The notes beneath the pieces are model-generated. The model ran no database searches, was not told where the DNA came from, and saw only the letters and a list, made by a program, of their open reading frames with translations. DNA of 61,353 nucleotides, the filler included. It is 5 parts of 5 records of this genome, joined end to end, with 100 filler letters (N's around TTAATTAATTAA, not from the genome) between each part and the next. Parts side by side here need not be neighbours in the genome. Positions count along the whole stretch, not along the records: positions 55,237 to 61,353 come from SRR20825010_5462; 4 more parts are not named here. The stretch is one strand, 5' to 3'. Shown piece by piece: positions 59,577 to 61,353 of this stretch; the stretch's first letter is position 1; each line of letters starts with the position of its first letter. The translations under genes and the position numbers were made by a program.

Positions 59577-59993
59577 ATGGGCAGCGCAGAACAGGCGTCC
59601 GATTTCGAGGATATGGTTGCACAGGCCGAAGCGGCTGTTGCTGCCCTGCGCGATAGCTATCGCGCACAATTGCTCGAAGATGTAGATGCATTGTTGCAAG
59701 TGTGGGCGGGTGTTGAAGCCGGCCGGGATATTGCTGATATCATGAAAGATGTTCATGCAATCGCACATAACGTCAAAGGTCAAGGCGGCTCGTTCGGATA
59801 TGATCTGGTCACCTCGATCGGTGCATCGCTGTGCGATTATATCCGAAGCGCGGAGCGTTCGTCTGCCGACGAAATCAATATTGTTCACGCCCATATCAAG
59901 ATTTTGAAAATGGTCGGCGATAATGATATTTCAGGGACAGGCGGCGAAACCGGCGAGCGCATTGTCGCGAAGCTCGCCGCATTGACGCGCTGA
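59577..59993 (+). CDS. Hpt (histidine phosphotransfer) domain protein
   Basis: AHNVKGQGGSFGY. Confidence 0.8.
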   Translation: MGSAEQASDFEDMVAQAEAAVAALRDSYRAQLLEDVDALLQVWAGVEAGRDIADIMKDVHAIAHNVKGQGGSFGYDLVTSIGASLCDYIRSAERSSADEINIVHAHIKILKMVGDNDISGTGGETGERIVAKLAALTR

Positions 59994-60056
59994 TCTTTAT
60001 CTAAGTTTCCGCTTATAGTCTCTGGTTCTGATGCACCGATCGTGCGCATAGATTTA

Positions 60057-61353
60057 TCAGCCTGTCAGGCTTTCCAAATCACCAAGAATGTCAGCCAATG
60101 CGGCTTCTTTTGCATCCGGCGTCTTTTGCTCTGCGGCGGGTACTGACGTTGGTTGTGCGGGGATGTCGAGTTGGCCTGCAGATAGCGGTGACTGGTTTAA
60201 TACGGATGTCATTTCACTGACCAGCTTGTCCATGCGGAAAGGTTTGGACACAAAGCCGTCCATGCCGGCCGCGAGATAGGTTTCTTTATGGCTATCCATC
60301 GCATGGGCGGTCACAGCGACAATCGGAATATTGTTCCAGCTTTCATCTGCTGCGCGAATGACTTTTGTGGTGAGAATGCCGTCGAGTTCGGGCATCTGTA
60401 TATCCATAAGGATAATATCGAAAGTTTCGGTACGGATGGCTTTTACGGCTTCGACGCCGTTGTTTGCAATTGTCAGATTATGACCCAGCTGTTCCATCAC
60501 CGCGCGCATCAGCTTCTGGTTGACTGGCTGATCTTCAGCCAGAAGAACGCGCAATTTTCCCTTTTTGGTTTCAGCGATCGGCTGCGGATCGGATTTCGCC
60601 GTTTCCTGCAACTTCTCGTATTTTGGTTCGGGGGCATCAATCGGGGTTGGTGGAGTATCCTTCGCGTTTATGCCGGTTTCCGTATCAGAAACCTCAAGTG
60701 GCAAAGTCAGAGTGAATTCCGAGCCCACACCCGCGGTGCTCTTGACATTGATTTCGCCGTTCATCAGTGTCGCCAGCTCGCGACAGATTGCGAGGCCCAG
60801 GCCCGTGCCGCCATGTGTGCCTGATGTGGCGGCGGATGCTTGTGTGAAGCGATTGAAAAGTTTCGGGAGCACGGATTCAGGAATGCCGATGCCGGTATCC
60901 GCAATCGTGAATGTGATGTTGCGCATACCGTCGGGCATATCTTCGTTCAGTGCCACATTCAGTTCGACTGAGCCTTGGCTTGTGAATTTGATTGCGTTGC
61001 CAACCAGATTGAGAAGGACCTGTCGCAACCGGTTATGATCGCAAACGATTGTTTCGGGCACTTCCGGGGCAATATTGCCGCTAAAATTCAAACGTTTCTC
61101 GGTCGCCTGCGCACGCATGAGATCTAGGACCGAGGTCACGATCTCACGAGGTGAAAATTCGTTGTTTGAAACTTCTAACCTGCCTGCTTCCAGCTTTGAC
61201 AGGTCTAGAATGTCGTTGATGATCGCAAGTAGGTTCTCGCCTGATTCACGGATCAGTTCGGCCTGTTCGCGTTGGCGCGTGTCAAGATTGCTTTGCAAAA
61301 GCACTTCCGCAAGTCCAATGACGCCATTCATTGGTGTGCGGATTTCATGGCTC
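60057..61353 (-). CDS. Hybrid sensor histidine kinase / receiver (5'-truncated)
   Basis: SHEIRTPMNG, NLVGNAIKFT, GGTGLGL, receiver LAEDQ..MDIQMP..SKPF. Confidence 0.93.
   Translation of the reverse strand, partial: SHEIRTPMNGVIGLAEVLLQSNLDTRQREQAELIRESGENLLAIINDILDLSKLEAGRLEVSNNEFSPREIVTSVLDLMRAQATEKRLNFSGNIAPEVPETIVCDHNRLRQVLLNLVGNAIKFTSQGSVELNVALNEDMPDGMRNITFTIADTGIGIPESVLPKLFNRFTQASAATSGTHGGTGLGLAICRELATLMNGEINVKSTAGVGSEFTLTLPLEVSDTETGINAKDTPPTPIDAPEPKYEKLQETAKSDPQPIAETKKGKLRVLLAEDQPVNQKLMRAVMEQLGHNLTIANNGVEAVKAIRTETFDIILMDIQMPELDGILTTKVIRAADESWNNIPIVAVTAHAMDSHKETYLAAGMDGFVSKPFRMDKLVSEMTSVLNQSPLSAGQLDIPAQPTSVPAAEQKTPDAKEAALADILGDLESLTG

Noticed and set aside
1-61353. CRISPR arrays, tRNA/rRNA genes, prophage or recognisable defence systems
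   Set aside because: No regularly spaced repeats, RNA-gene signatures or phage/defence motifs found by eye; short or degenerate ones could be missed.

Overview
The window is not one locus. It holds five contigs joined by 100-bp artificial linkers (N44-TTAATTAATTAA-N44), apparently from several organisms of a mixed community. Contig A (1-13195, GC-rich alphaproteobacterium): gyrB end, a persulfide dioxygenase/BigR-SqrR/rhodanese module, TTC38-like protein, class A PBP, ada and the start of ugpBA. Contig B (13296-31718, moderate-GC alphaproteobacterium) is an accessory island: TonB receptor, esterase, divergent LeuC/LeuD, two LysRs, DASS transporter, exported M20 amidohydrolase and a haloacetate-dehalogenase-fold hydrolase, then a TagF-like transferase with an NTP-transferase::HAD fusion, a PepSY/two-component system and an IS481 remnant. 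Contig C (31819-48022, AT-rich Flavobacteriaceae): rny-6S RNA-zapA region, M23 peptidase, TonB receptor, cysteine desulfurase, a DUF2752/CCC/CD225(dispanin)/DUF2752 membrane cluster and rocD. Contig D (48123-55136): MscS, SLC13 permease, bdhA, pirin, carboxyltransferase, putA. Contig E (55237-61353): gltB, VOC protein, threonine aldolase, Hpt, hybrid kinase. The best candidate for an undescribed system is the contig B cluster. I read it, by inference, as a route for trans-epoxysuccinate or its conjugates to meso-tartrate and then oxaloacetate, with the LeuCD paralog as a candidate meso-tartrate dehydratase. All family assignments come from motif recognition; no database searches were run.
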